From an uncultured Chloroflexia bacterium (lineage in GTDB: Bacteria > Chloroflexota > Limnocylindria > Limnocylindrales > CSP1-4): DNA of 64,000 nucleotides. The stretch covers positions 32,001 through 96,000 of the forward strand of contig CAVVCZ010000004.1 in the NCBI GenBank assembly GCA_963746845.1. The letters run 5' to 3'. Both the position numbers and the translations under genes were made by a program. Shown piece after piece: positions 28,490 to 37,669 of this stretch (position 1 is the first letter of the stretch; every line of letters starts with the position of its first letter). The notes below the pieces were generated by a model that was not told the DNA's origin, did not search any database, and worked only from the letters and a program-made list of their open reading frames with translations.

Positions 28490-28870
28490 TCAGCGGCGGC
28501 GACCCATCGCCCGCACGACGATCAAGCCGCCGACGACGATCAGGATCAACGGCCAGAGGGTGCCCCAGCGGAGCGACGGGAGCGTGATCCCGAGCGTGCG
28601 GTCGACGAAGTAGTACAGCCCGATCAGCAGGATCCCGAGCCCGACGAGGATCGCGATCAGGCTGGGTCCGCGGTCGCGCTGATGCTCCTGCGGTGGGTAC
28701 CACGCGGGCTCGCGCCAGTCGGTCGGCGTGCCCGGCGGGGGCGCGGCCTGGAGCGGGGGCCCGGCCGGAAGCGGCGGCGGAGCGGCCGTCGGGGGCGTCG
28801 AGAGGACGTTCGGCGTGGGTCCGGGCCCTGTCGTCGGGTGGGGCTGGGTGTCGTCGATCGGATCGCTCAT
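28490..28870 (-). CDS. Small membrane protein (LiaF/DUF5668-like C-terminus)
   Basis: Pro-rich N-terminus; GILLIGLYY..LWPLILIVVG; RBS GGAGG. Confidence 0.65.
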   Translation of the reverse strand: MSDPIDDTQPHPTTGPGPTPNVLSTPPTAAPPPLPAGPPLQAAPPPGTPTDWREPAWYPPQEHQRDRGPSLIAILVGLGILLIGLYYFVDRTLGITLPSLRWGTLWPLILIVVGGLIVVRAMGRRR

Positions 28871-28991
28871 CTCGGGCGCACCTCCCTGCGGCGACCATCG
28901 TAGACCGGGCCACGGCCGCGAGCCCGGCACGCCCGTCCGTCGCGGTCACCGTGCGACAATCCCGGCTCCAGCAGCGGGTGAGGAGGACAGC

Positions 28992-29843
28992 GTGGTCGCG
29001 GATTCGGCGGAGATCGGCGTCTTCGGGGGGTCGGGCTTCTACTCCCTCCTCGACGACGTCCGCGAGATCAAGGTGGACACGCCGTACGGCCCGCCGTCCG
29101 ATTCGTTCTTCCTCGCCAACGTCTCCGGTCGGAAGGTCGCGTTCCTGCCGCGGCACGGCCGTCGCCACACCATCCCGCCGCACAAGATCAACTACCGGGC
29201 GAACGTCTGGGCGATGCGCTCGCTCGGCGTCCAGGCCGTGATCTCGCCGTGCGCAGCCGGGTCGCTCCAGCGACACGTGGCGCCGGGCGACTTCGTCCTG
29301 TGCGACCAGTTCGTCGACCGGACCTACGGGCGCGAAGGCACCTTCTTCGACGGTCCGATCGTGACCCACGTCAGCTCGGCCGACATCTACGACCCCGTCC
29401 TGCGGGGCATCGCCGCCGACGTGATCCGCGAGCACGGGATCCCGTTCCACGAGACGGGCACGATCGTGATCATCAACGGCCCGCGCTTCTCGACGAGGTC
29501 GGAGTCGAAGTGGTTCAGCGACGCCGGCTGGGAGGTCATCTCGATGACCCAGTATCCCGAGGCGTACCTCTGCCGCGAGCTCGGGATGGCGGTCGTGAAC
29601 ATCGCCCTGATCACCGACTACGACGCCGGCGTCCTCGAGGGGACCGAGGCCGTCGACGCCCACTCCGTGACCGAGGTCTTCGCCCAGAACGCGGCGCGGA
29701 TCCAGGCGGTCGTGCTCGACATGATCGGGCGGTTCCCCGCGGACCTCGAGTCGCTCGGCGGAAAGAAGCTGCTGGAGTTCAGCCGGGGCGACGGCCACGT
29801 GATCTCGCCCGAGGACATCCGCCTGTTCGAGACGGGTCTCTAG
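28992..29843 (+). CDS. mtnP: S-methyl-5'-thioadenosine phosphorylase
   Basis: IGVFGGSG, TPYGPPS, PRHG, INYRAN, GPRFST, TDYD. Confidence 0.93.
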   Translation: MVADSAEIGVFGGSGFYSLLDDVREIKVDTPYGPPSDSFFLANVSGRKVAFLPRHGRRHTIPPHKINYRANVWAMRSLGVQAVISPCAAGSLQRHVAPGDFVLCDQFVDRTYGREGTFFDGPIVTHVSSADIYDPVLRGIAADVIREHGIPFHETGTIVIINGPRFSTRSESKWFSDAGWEVISMTQYPEAYLCRELGMAVVNIALITDYDAGVLEGTEAVDAHSVTEVFAQNAARIQAVVLDMIGRFPADLESLGGKKLLEFSRGDGHVISPEDIRLFETGL

Positions 29844-29846
29844 GTC

Positions 29847-30698
29847 GTGCCGGACGCATCATCGAACCGGCTGCCGATCGGGGTCACGATCCGGACGATC
29901 CGCGCCGATCCTCGCTGGTGGCTCGAGAGCGCGAAGCGGCTCGACGCCGCGGGCTACCAGGGCGTCTGGGCGTGGGACCACTTCGTCGGCCAGGGCGACC
30001 GGACGGTGCCCGTCGTCGAGGGCTGGACGATCCTGTCGATGGCCGCGGCGGCGACGGAGCGCATCACGGTCGGCCCGTTCGTGCTCAACGTCACGAACCG
30101 CCACCCGGCGGTGCTCGCGCGGATGGCCTCGACCCTCCAGATCGCGAGCGGCGGCCGGCTCGTCCTCGGGATCGGGATCGGCGGCGCGCCGAAGGAGCAC
30201 GCGGCCTACGGGATCGACTTCCCCGAGGCGCCGGAGCGGGTCGCGCGGCTGGAGGAGGCGGTCGCGGTGATCCGCGCGCTGTGGACGGGCGGACCGGTGA
30301 CGCGGCCTTCGCCGTACTACCCGCTGGTCGACGCCCACGCCTTCCCGATCCCGACGCCGCCCCCGCCGATCATCATCGGCGGCGAGACCCCGGCCGGAGC
30401 GCGGCTGGCCGCGCGGATCGGCGACGGCTGGAGCACGTTCGAGGACAACTTCGAGCGGAACCTGCCGCTGTACCTCGAGGCACTGGACGCGGCGGGGCGC
30501 CGACGCGAGGACCAGACCATCTTCGCGGGCTTCCAGGGCGACTGGCTCGGCGACGCCGACGTCGGCGAGAGCGAGTGGTGTCGGGAGCCGCGCGCGGCCT
30601 GGGAGCGCTGGCACGAGATCGGCGCCGACGGCGCGATCGTCCTCGCCCGTACGACGTCCGATGTCGACGCGCTCGTGGAGGCGGTCGCGCGCTGGTAG
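29847..30698 (+). CDS. LLM class flavin-dependent oxidoreductase
   Basis: VWAWDH, EGWT, RHPAVLA, GRLVLGIG. Confidence 0.88.
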   Translation: MPDASSNRLPIGVTIRTIRADPRWWLESAKRLDAAGYQGVWAWDHFVGQGDRTVPVVEGWTILSMAAAATERITVGPFVLNVTNRHPAVLARMASTLQIASGGRLVLGIGIGGAPKEHAAYGIDFPEAPERVARLEEAVAVIRALWTGGPVTRPSPYYPLVDAHAFPIPTPPPPIIIGGETPAGARLAARIGDGWSTFEDNFERNLPLYLEALDAAGRRREDQTIFAGFQGDWLGDADVGESEWCREPRAAWERWHEIGADGAIVLARTTSDVDALVEAVARW

Positions 30699-30705
30699 CG
30701 TCGGT

Positions 30706-31128
30706 TCAGTCGTTCGCGGATGCCGTGCGGTCGAGCTCTCGCGCGATGACCACGACGGCGAGGGTCAGACCCGCGACCAGCAGCCCGAGCAGGGCGAACG
30801 GACCCTGGTTGAGCGACAGGACCGTGACGGCCAGGATCCCGGCGATCACGCTCCCGGCCGCGAGGGCCGCCACGGCGGCGCCCGGTCGTCGGATCGCCAC
30901 GATGGCGCAGGCGAGCTCGGCGATCCCGCAGCCCAGCACGACGATCACGAGCCACAGGAGCACGACCGACAGGGCCTGCGCCATGCCGCCGTCGTCCTGC
31001 GAGTCGAACACGAGGAACAGACCCCAGGCGCCGAGCGCGATCGCCGCGATCGCCTGGGCAGCGACGAGCACGATGGCCGCCGTTCGGGCCGCGCGGGCCT
31101 CGAGCGACCGGGTCGGTGCCGTCATCAC
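30706..31128 (-). CDS. Hypothetical membrane protein
   Basis: Four hydrophobic segments. Confidence 0.6.
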   Translation of the reverse strand: MMTAPTRSLEARAARTAAIVLVAAQAIAAIALGAWGLFLVFDSQDDGGMAQALSVVLLWLVIVVLGCGIAELACAIVAIRRPGAAVAALAAGSVIAGILAVTVLSLNQGPFALLGLLVAGLTLAVVVIARELDRTASAND

Positions 31129-31209
31129 CGCATCATGGGTGGGCGCGATCCCGAGCCGGTGTCACCCCGCCGACAGCCGGCCTCATTCGGTGGCACCATC
31201 AAGCCACCG

Positions 31210-31692
31210 ATGACGACGCCCTCGACGACCACGGCAACGCCTCCCGGCATGACCCATCCCTGTGCCCGCTGCGGTGCTCCCGTCGCCCTCGACGTGGGGC
31301 TGTGCGACCGGTGCAACCCGTTGGGACTCAAGGATTCCGCCAGCTCGCAGGTCCATGGCACGGTGTTCCTCGGGGTCGGGCTCGCGGTCGTCGTTCTCGC
31401 GATCGCGGCCCACATCGCCGTCGCCGGGATCGGGCCGTTCGCCGCATCGGTCACCGCAATGCGGGCCGGCTCGACCCCGACGGCCGTCGTCGCGACCCTG
31501 TCGGTGACGAACCAGGGCACGGCGACCGGATCGGCGACGTGCCGGCTGACCGACCCGATCGACCGCGGGATCGACCACTCCGATGTCGTCTACAGCCCGC
31601 GGATCGCGCCGGGCGCCACGGTGAGCTTCGAGCACGAGGCGTCGTTCGGGAGCGTGGATCGGCCGTTCGACGTCACCTGCACCGGCCCGTGA
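31210..31692 (+). CDS. Hypothetical protein: CxxC..CxxC zinc ribbon, TM helix, extracellular beta domain
   Basis: CARCG..LCDRCNP; hydrophobic TM segment; GTGA coupling to IMPase. Confidence 0.7.
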   Translation: MTTPSTTTATPPGMTHPCARCGAPVALDVGLCDRCNPLGLKDSASSQVHGTVFLGVGLAVVVLAIAAHIAVAGIGPFAASVTAMRAGSTPTAVVATLSVTNQGTATGSATCRLTDPIDRGIDHSDVVYSPRIAPGATVSFEHEASFGSVDRPFDVTCTGP

Positions 31693-32537
31693 CCGAGCCC
31701 GCGCGCGTCCTTCCGCCCGCGCCGGACGATTCCGCGTGGTCGGCCGAGCTCGCGTTCGCCGTCGACATCGCCCGGTCGGCCGGCCGGATCCTGATGGACC
31801 GCTACGAACGCCTCGAGCGCGTCACGTACAAGAGCGCCCGCGACGTGGTCACCGAGGCCGATCACCTGTCCGAGGAGCTGGTGATCCGGGCGATCCGCGA
31901 GCGGTTCCCGGGCGACGCGATCCTCGCCGAGGAGTCCGGGGCGCACCGTGGCGGAGGCGGCGCCCCCGACGTCCACGTCGCGGGGCGGTCGTGGGTGATC
32001 GACCCCCTCGACGGGACGGTGAACTACGCCAATGGGCTGCCGGTGTTCTGTGTCTCGATCGGGTTCGTCGTCGACGGGCGGCCGGCGGCGGGCGCCGTCC
32101 TCGATCCGACCCGGGACGAGATGTTCGCCGCGACCGCCGACGGCCCCGCGACGCTCAACGGACGGCCGATCCGCGTCTCGACGAAGGACCAGCTGACCGA
32201 CGCCGTGATCTCGCTCGCGCTCGCCGGGCGGTCCGTGTCGAGCCGGGCACGGGCCATCCGGAAGGCCGTCCGCGTCCCGCGCTCGATGGGCTCGGCGTCG
32301 CTCGCCCTCGCGTATGTCGGCAACGGGCGGTTCGATGCGTTCCTCCAGGAGAGCGGGCTGTCGGCGTGGGACATCGCGGCGGCCGGACTGATCGCGGAGC
32401 GCGCGGGCGCGACGATCACGGCCTTCGACGGCTCGGCGTGGTACGACCAGACGCGGCCGACGCGGACGGCGAGCATGGTCGCCGCGCCGCCGGCGCACCA
32501 CGCGCGGCTCCTGGCGCTGGCGACCGGCCGCGGCTGA
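31689..32537 (+). CDS. Inositol monophosphatase family protein
   Basis: VTEAD, ILAEE, WVIDPLDGTVNY, WDIAAA. Confidence 0.93.
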   Translation: MTEPARVLPPAPDDSAWSAELAFAVDIARSAGRILMDRYERLERVTYKSARDVVTEADHLSEELVIRAIRERFPGDAILAEESGAHRGGGGAPDVHVAGRSWVIDPLDGTVNYANGLPVFCVSIGFVVDGRPAAGAVLDPTRDEMFAATADGPATLNGRPIRVSTKDQLTDAVISLALAGRSVSSRARAIRKAVRVPRSMGSASLALAYVGNGRFDAFLQESGLSAWDIAAAGLIAERAGATITAFDGSAWYDQTRPTRTASMVAAPPAHHARLLALATGRG

Positions 32538-32561
32538 GGGGGCGGTTCGTTCGGACCGACG

Positions 32562-33446
32562 CTACGCCCCCCAGCGGTGGGGTCGGGCGCGAAGTCGGTC
32601 GAGGCCCCACCGGTCGCAGAACGCCTCCCAGGTCGGGCGGGGCGTGCCGCGCCATTCGAGCTGCGCCGCCCGCTCCTGCGGGATCGGCGTGTCGAGGCGG
32701 AGCCGGGCGAGCGTCCGGTAGAGGATCGCGTCATCGTGCTGCTCCGCGAGGACCGCGGCGAGCCGGACGGCGCCCGTGACGCCCTTCACGTCCCACTCGC
32801 TCGCCTTCGCCGGGATGTCGTCGATCGAGCCGTACCGGCGGAGGACGGCCGCCGCCGACTTCGCCCCCCAGCCGGGCAGCCCCGGGTAGCCGTCGGACGA
32901 GTCGCCGACGAGCGCCAGCCAGTCCGGGATCGAGGCCGGCTCGACGCCCCACTTCTCGAGGACGCCGGCGCGGTCGTACGTGATCTGGCGGCGCCGGTCG
33001 CGGAGCACGACCCGCTCGTCGATCACGCACTGGGCCATGTCCTTGTCCGGCGTGCAGATCAGGATCCGCTCGACGTCCGGGTCCGCGGCGAACCGGGCCG
33101 CGGCCGCGCCGATCGCGTCGTCCGCCTCGAACTCGGTCTCCGGCCAGAGCACGATCCCGAGGGCCTCGATCGCCTCCTCGGCGATGGGGAACTGGTCGAG
33201 CAGCCGCGGATCCATCCCGGCCGACGACTTGTAGCCGGGGAACAGGTCGTTCCGGAACGACTCGATCACGTGGTCCGTCGCGCAGCCCACGTGGGTTGCG
33301 CCCTCCTCGCGGAGGAGGAAGAGGAGCTGGTCACACAGCCCGGACACGCCCGACAGGACCCGCCCGTCGCGGCCGATCACGGGTGGACGCGGTGCGTAGT
33401 GCGCGCGGAACAGCTCGTAGGTCGCGTCGACGAGGTGGACCTGCAC
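32562..33446 (-). CDS. Stand-alone 5'-3' exonuclease/flap endonuclease
   Basis: LVDATYELFR, SFRNDLFPGYK, EADD, DKD, LVGDSSDGYPGLPGWGAKSA. Confidence 0.92.
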   Translation of the reverse strand: MQVHLVDATYELFRAHYAPRPPVIGRDGRVLSGVSGLCDQLLFLLREEGATHVGCATDHVIESFRNDLFPGYKSSAGMDPRLLDQFPIAEEAIEALGIVLWPETEFEADDAIGAAAARFAADPDVERILICTPDKDMAQCVIDERVVLRDRRRQITYDRAGVLEKWGVEPASIPDWLALVGDSSDGYPGLPGWGAKSAAAVLRRYGSIDDIPAKASEWDVKGVTGAVRLAAVLAEQHDDAILYRTLARLRLDTPIPQERAAQLEWRGTPRPTWEAFCDRWGLDRLRARPHRWGA

Positions 33447-33457
33447 GGGTTGGCGGG

Positions 33458-34069
33458 CTATCGCATCCGGGTCGACCACGTCCGGACGCCGGCCTCGGAC
33501 ATGGCCTCGAGCGCACGTTCGCCGTCGCCCGGCTGGAGATTCACCGCGAGGCAGGCATCGATCAGGACGGCCGTCTCGAAGCCGAGGCGGGTTGCGTCGA
33601 CCGCCGTCGCGTTCACGCAGTAGTCCGTCGCGAGCCCGCAGACCACGACCCGGGTCACGCCGGCGTCGCGGAGGATCGCGTTCAGCCCCGTCGGGCTGGT
33701 CTCGCCCGAGACCGGATCGCGCATCGTGAAGCCGGAATAGCCGTCCTCGCCGTTCTGGCCCTTGCGGATCCGGGGCGACTCGGCGACCGCCGTCGCATCC
33801 ACGCCGGGGTGGATCTCCGCGCCCCACGTCCCGGCGACGCAGTGGACCGGCCAGACCCCGCCGTCCTTGGCGAAGTGCGGCGTCGACTCGGGGTGCCAGT
33901 CCTGGGTGAAGACGATGAGCGCGCCAGCCGATCGGGCCGCCGCGATCTCGCCGTTCACGATCGGGACGATGTTCGCCCCGCCGCGGACCGCGAGGCCGCC
34001 GGCCGGATCGGCGAAGTCGTTCTGGAGATCGACGACGACGAGGGCGGTGTGGGGCTCGTAGCGCTGCAC
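33458..34069 (-). CDS. pncA: Nicotinamidase/pyrazinamidase
   Basis: VVVDLQNDF..GGL, QDWHP, WPVHCV, KG..YSGF, GLATDYCV. Confidence 0.9.
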   Translation of the reverse strand: MQRYEPHTALVVVDLQNDFADPAGGLAVRGGANIVPIVNGEIAAARSAGALIVFTQDWHPESTPHFAKDGGVWPVHCVAGTWGAEIHPGVDATAVAESPRIRKGQNGEDGYSGFTMRDPVSGETSPTGLNAILRDAGVTRVVVCGLATDYCVNATAVDATRLGFETAVLIDACLAVNLQPGDGERALEAMSEAGVRTWSTRMR

Positions 34070-34320
34070 GCCCGGACCATAGCAAAGGCACGTGCCCGCG
34101 CCCGCGCTTATGCCCCCTGAGCCCGCGCCCGTGCCCCGCGGCGCCGCAATTCCGTCATCCGACACTCACGCGAGCGTTAGGCGACAGGCTGGGGCCAGAT
34201 CGTCCATCCGTTAGCCGTCGACAGCTAACGGAGGCGAGAATCGCCGGTCAGTCGATGGCTAATGCGCGGGTGGCTGTCGTTTGACAGACTCCGGCCCGAA
34301 ACGAGGAGCCGGCGGACCGC

Positions 34321-35085
34321 CTACCCGACGGCGGCCGCCTCGGTGTCGACGGTCGCAGCCGCATCGTGCGCCGAACCATCTCCGCCGCCCGCCGTCCCTT
34401 CGACGTCGAGCAGGTAGCCGATCCCCTGGAACGTCCGGATCCGGCCCGGCTCGCCCGGCTTCGCACCGAGCTTGCGGCGGACGCGGCTGATCCACACGCG
34501 CAGGTACTGGAGGTCGTCGCGGTATTCCGGGCCCCAGACCTTCGTCAGGAGCTCCGTGTGGAGCACGACCTTGCCGGGGTGCGTCGCGAGATGCTGCAGG
34601 AGCAGCCACTCGGTGCGCGACAGCTGGACCAGCTCGCCGTTGCGGCGGACCATTCGCCGCTCCAGGTCGATCTCGACGTCGTCGAACGCGACCACGCCCG
34701 CTCCCGGCTCCACGCCCGTCGAGCGGCGGATGACCGCACGGACGCGCGCCGCGAGCTCGTCCGGATGGAACGGCTTGGCGATGTAGTCGTCGGCGCCGAG
34801 ATCCAGGCCCTTGGCCTTGTCGGCCGTGGCGCCCTTGGCGGTGAGCAGGATCACCGGTACGGGCCGCTGCTCGCGGAGCTGGCGCATGACCTCGATCCCG
34901 TCGAGGTCGGGCATGACGATGTCGAGGAGGACGATGTCCGGACGGATCTCCTCCGCCTTGGCGAGGGCATCCTCGCCGCCCGTCGCGGTGACGACGCGGA
35001 AGCCTTCCTCGCTCAGCGCGATCGAGACGAGCTTCGTGATTCGCGGTTCGTCGTCGGCGACGAGGACCAGCGGTTGGGTTCCCAC
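34321..35085 (-). CDS. OmpR-family response regulator (KdpE-like)
   Basis: VADDE, LLDIVMP, GADDYIAKPF, KVWGPEY..YLRVWISRVRRKL; no adjacent kinase. Confidence 0.93.
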   Translation of the reverse strand: MGTQPLVLVADDEPRITKLVSIALSEEGFRVVTATGGEDALAKAEEIRPDIVLLDIVMPDLDGIEVMRQLREQRPVPVILLTAKGATADKAKGLDLGADDYIAKPFHPDELAARVRAVIRRSTGVEPGAGVVAFDDVEIDLERRMVRRNGELVQLSRTEWLLLQHLATHPGKVVLHTELLTKVWGPEYRDDLQYLRVWISRVRRKLGAKPGEPGRIRTFQGIGYLLDVEGTAGGGDGSAHDAAATVDTEAAAVG

Positions 35086-35320
35086 ACAACACCTCCGGTG
35101 TCTGTCAGATGCGATGGTGACGGTTCGGCCGTCAGCCGTGAAGGGCGTTCGGATGTGAGCCCGGAGTCTGCCCGTCGGGTCGTACCGGGCGCCCGAGACC
35201 ACATTGCAGAACCGTCAAGCGCGCATATCAATCCAGGGGGACGAGCACGGCCGGCGAGCTCATGGCAGCGGGATTCCCCGGCGGATGTAACGCGAGCGGT
35301 TCGGCCGGCATCTGTAGCGC

Positions 35321-35861
35321 ATGATCGGTGGCGTGATCGCGGAGGCCGAGCCAGAGCGGTTGATGCTCGCGCGCGCCATCTCCGGCGATGAGGTCGCATT
35401 CGCCCGGATCGTCGCGATGCATCACGGCGACATGGCGCGGATCGCCTACTTCGTGTGCGGCGACCTCGACGTCGCCGAGGAGGCCGAGCAGACGGCCTGG
35501 GCCGTCGCATTCCGCCGCCTGAAGGACCTGCGAGACCCCGATCGCCTGCGCCCGTGGTTGATGTCGATCGCGGCCAACGAGGCGCGCCAGATCGCCCGGA
35601 GCCGGCGCCGACGCACGGTTCGCGAGCTGGCCGTCACCGACCCGACATCGTCCGGTGAGGTCGACCACGCGTCGATGATCGACCTCGCCAATGCCATTGC
35701 CCGGCTCGACGAACGCGACCGCGCGATCGTCGGCCTGCGCTTCATCGGCGGCTTCGAATTCGGCAGAGATCGGTCGCGCGATGGGGATGTCCGCAACGGG
35801 CGTGCGCGTACGCCTCCACCGACTCCTCGAACGGTTGCGAAAGGACCTCGGCGATGACTGA
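35321..35861 (+). CDS. ECF RNA polymerase sigma factor (apparent +1 frameshift at ~35760)
   Basis: GDEVAFARIV..AEEAEQ..WLMSIAANE; region 4 SAEIGRAMGMSATGVRVRLHRLLERLRKDL lies in the next frame. Confidence 0.88.
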
Positions 35862-37212
35862 ACGACAGACCACGGAGCCGTACGAGACGCGGTTCGCCGG
35901 CCTTGTCGGCGCGTACACCGACGTGGCGACGACGCGACCGATCGATCCCCTCCAGGTCTCCCGGACGGCGATGTCGTCCCCGCCCGTCAGCCGACGGTCG
36001 GGTTGGCCCGGCGGCGGTCCGCTCGGCCGACGGATCGCCGGTGACCGCTGGGCTGCAGCCGCAGTCGCCGCGATCCTGGTCGTCGTCGTGGCCTTCGCCG
36101 TCCAGGGTCGACTGTCCGACACCCGCGTCGGCCAGGTACCGACGCCCGCACCCTCGGAGACGTCGAGTCCCCCGCCGTCGGCCGGCGGCCCGATCCCCGA
36201 CGTGCTCCGTCACGCGTGGCAGCGGCCTCTCCCCGTTGCGCCCGGTCCGGACGTGTACGGGTCGGGGTTCCTGAGCTTCACGGGCGACCAGCTGGAGTAC
36301 GGCCGTGCACCGGGGGCCGACGCGTCGCGATCGGCGATCGCGGTCGCCGGGGCGGACATCCTCGTGGTCACGGCAACCGGGGAGACGCAGGGATGCCAGC
36401 CCGGAGCCGTCGCGACCTACCGCTGGGCCGTCGATGGGAAGGACACAGTCGTGACCCTGATGCCGGTCGTCCCCGATGCGTGCCCCGCCCGGGAAGAGCT
36501 GCTGGCCGGGCCCTGGGTGCGGTCCGACCTGCCGCCCAATCCGGGCACCACCGTGGGCCTGGCGGCTGGGACCTACACGACGTCGGCGTTCGACCCGTTC
36601 GCCGGGGCCGGTCGACCCCGCCGGCTGAGCTACACCGTCCCGGCCGGCTGGGAGACCCTCGGTGACGAGCCGGACGGCTACGTCCTGCATCACGTCGCGG
36701 ACCCTGCCCAGGGGCTGCCGTCGAAGGACCTGTTCATCGGGGTCATCGCACAACCCGCAATCGCGGATTTCGCGCCTGGGCAGGACTGCTCGACGGCCGT
36801 CGACGCGCCCGGCGTCGGGCGCGGCCGCGATGCCCTCGTCGCGGCGATCCGAGCGAGGCCGGGCGTCGTCTCGACGCCACCGGTCAAGGTGACCGTCGGA
36901 GGCTTCGCCGGGCTGATGCTCGATCTCCGGCTGGCGCCGTCCTGGGACATGGGCTGCATCTCGCCAGGAGGCCTCGTCGTCGGAACCCAGGTTCTGCATG
37001 GAGCGGGACCAGGGGCCGGCCCCATCGTGGGACTCGGCGCGGAGGTACCCGTGCGACTCATCCTGCTCGATCTGGGCCCGGACCACTCGCTGGCGATCGT
37101 GATCTTCGGGGTCGTCCCCACCCCGACCGCGTCGTTCGAGGATCAGGCCGCCGCGGCGATGCCGGTCATCGAGAGCTTCGAGTTCCCGCGCCAGCCGGGC
37201 CCGACGAGCTGA
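35854..37212 (+). CDS. Putative anti-sigma factor (single TM, large extracellular domain)
   Basis: Overlaps the ECF stop; TM AAAAVAAILVVVVAFAV then Pro/Ser linker. Confidence 0.65.
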   Translation: MTERQTTEPYETRFAGLVGAYTDVATTRPIDPLQVSRTAMSSPPVSRRSGWPGGGPLGRRIAGDRWAAAAVAAILVVVVAFAVQGRLSDTRVGQVPTPAPSETSSPPPSAGGPIPDVLRHAWQRPLPVAPGPDVYGSGFLSFTGDQLEYGRAPGADASRSAIAVAGADILVVTATGETQGCQPGAVATYRWAVDGKDTVVTLMPVVPDACPAREELLAGPWVRSDLPPNPGTTVGLAAGTYTTSAFDPFAGAGRPRRLSYTVPAGWETLGDEPDGYVLHHVADPAQGLPSKDLFIGVIAQPAIADFAPGQDCSTAVDAPGVGRGRDALVAAIRARPGVVSTPPVKVTVGGFAGLMLDLRLAPSWDMGCISPGGLVVGTQVLHGAGPGAGPIVGLGAEVPVRLILLDLGPDHSLAIVIFGVVPTPTASFEDQAAAAMPVIESFEFPRQPGPTS

Positions 37213-37272
37213 CGAGGCACCGCAACCGTCTCGCAACGCACGTTCCGGCAACGTTGGGCTACGCTGGACCCG

Positions 37273-37638
37273 ATGAGCTTTCCCGACACCGACCTCGCCC
37301 GGATCCGGGCGGCCGAAGAGGTCGAGATCGAGACCCAGGCGCCCGATGGGCCGGTTCACCGCACGATCATCTGGATCGTCGTCGACGGTGATGACACGTT
37401 CGTCCGGTCCGTGAAGGGGACGCGCGGGCGGTGGTTCCGCGAGGCGACCGCGAACCCCGCCATCGCCGTCCACGTCGACGGCCGGCGGATCCCGGCGACG
37501 GCGATCCCGGCGACCGATCCCGACTCGATCGATCACATCAACCGGGCGCTGACCGCGAAGTACACGGGAATCGAGGGCTACGACTCGATGCTCGAGCCCG
37601 ACGTCCTGTCGACCAACTTCCGCCTCGAGCCCGCCTGA
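37273..37638 (+). CDS. DUF2255 family protein
   Basis: EVEIET..TIIWIVVDG..FVRS..G..WFR..INRALTAKY. Confidence 0.8.
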   Translation: MSFPDTDLARIRAAEEVEIETQAPDGPVHRTIIWIVVDGDDTFVRSVKGTRGRWFREATANPAIAVHVDGRRIPATAIPATDPDSIDHINRALTAKYTGIEGYDSMLEPDVLSTNFRLEPA

Positions 37639-37669
37639 CCCGGGCCCGTCACCAGCCCACGAGGCAGCC

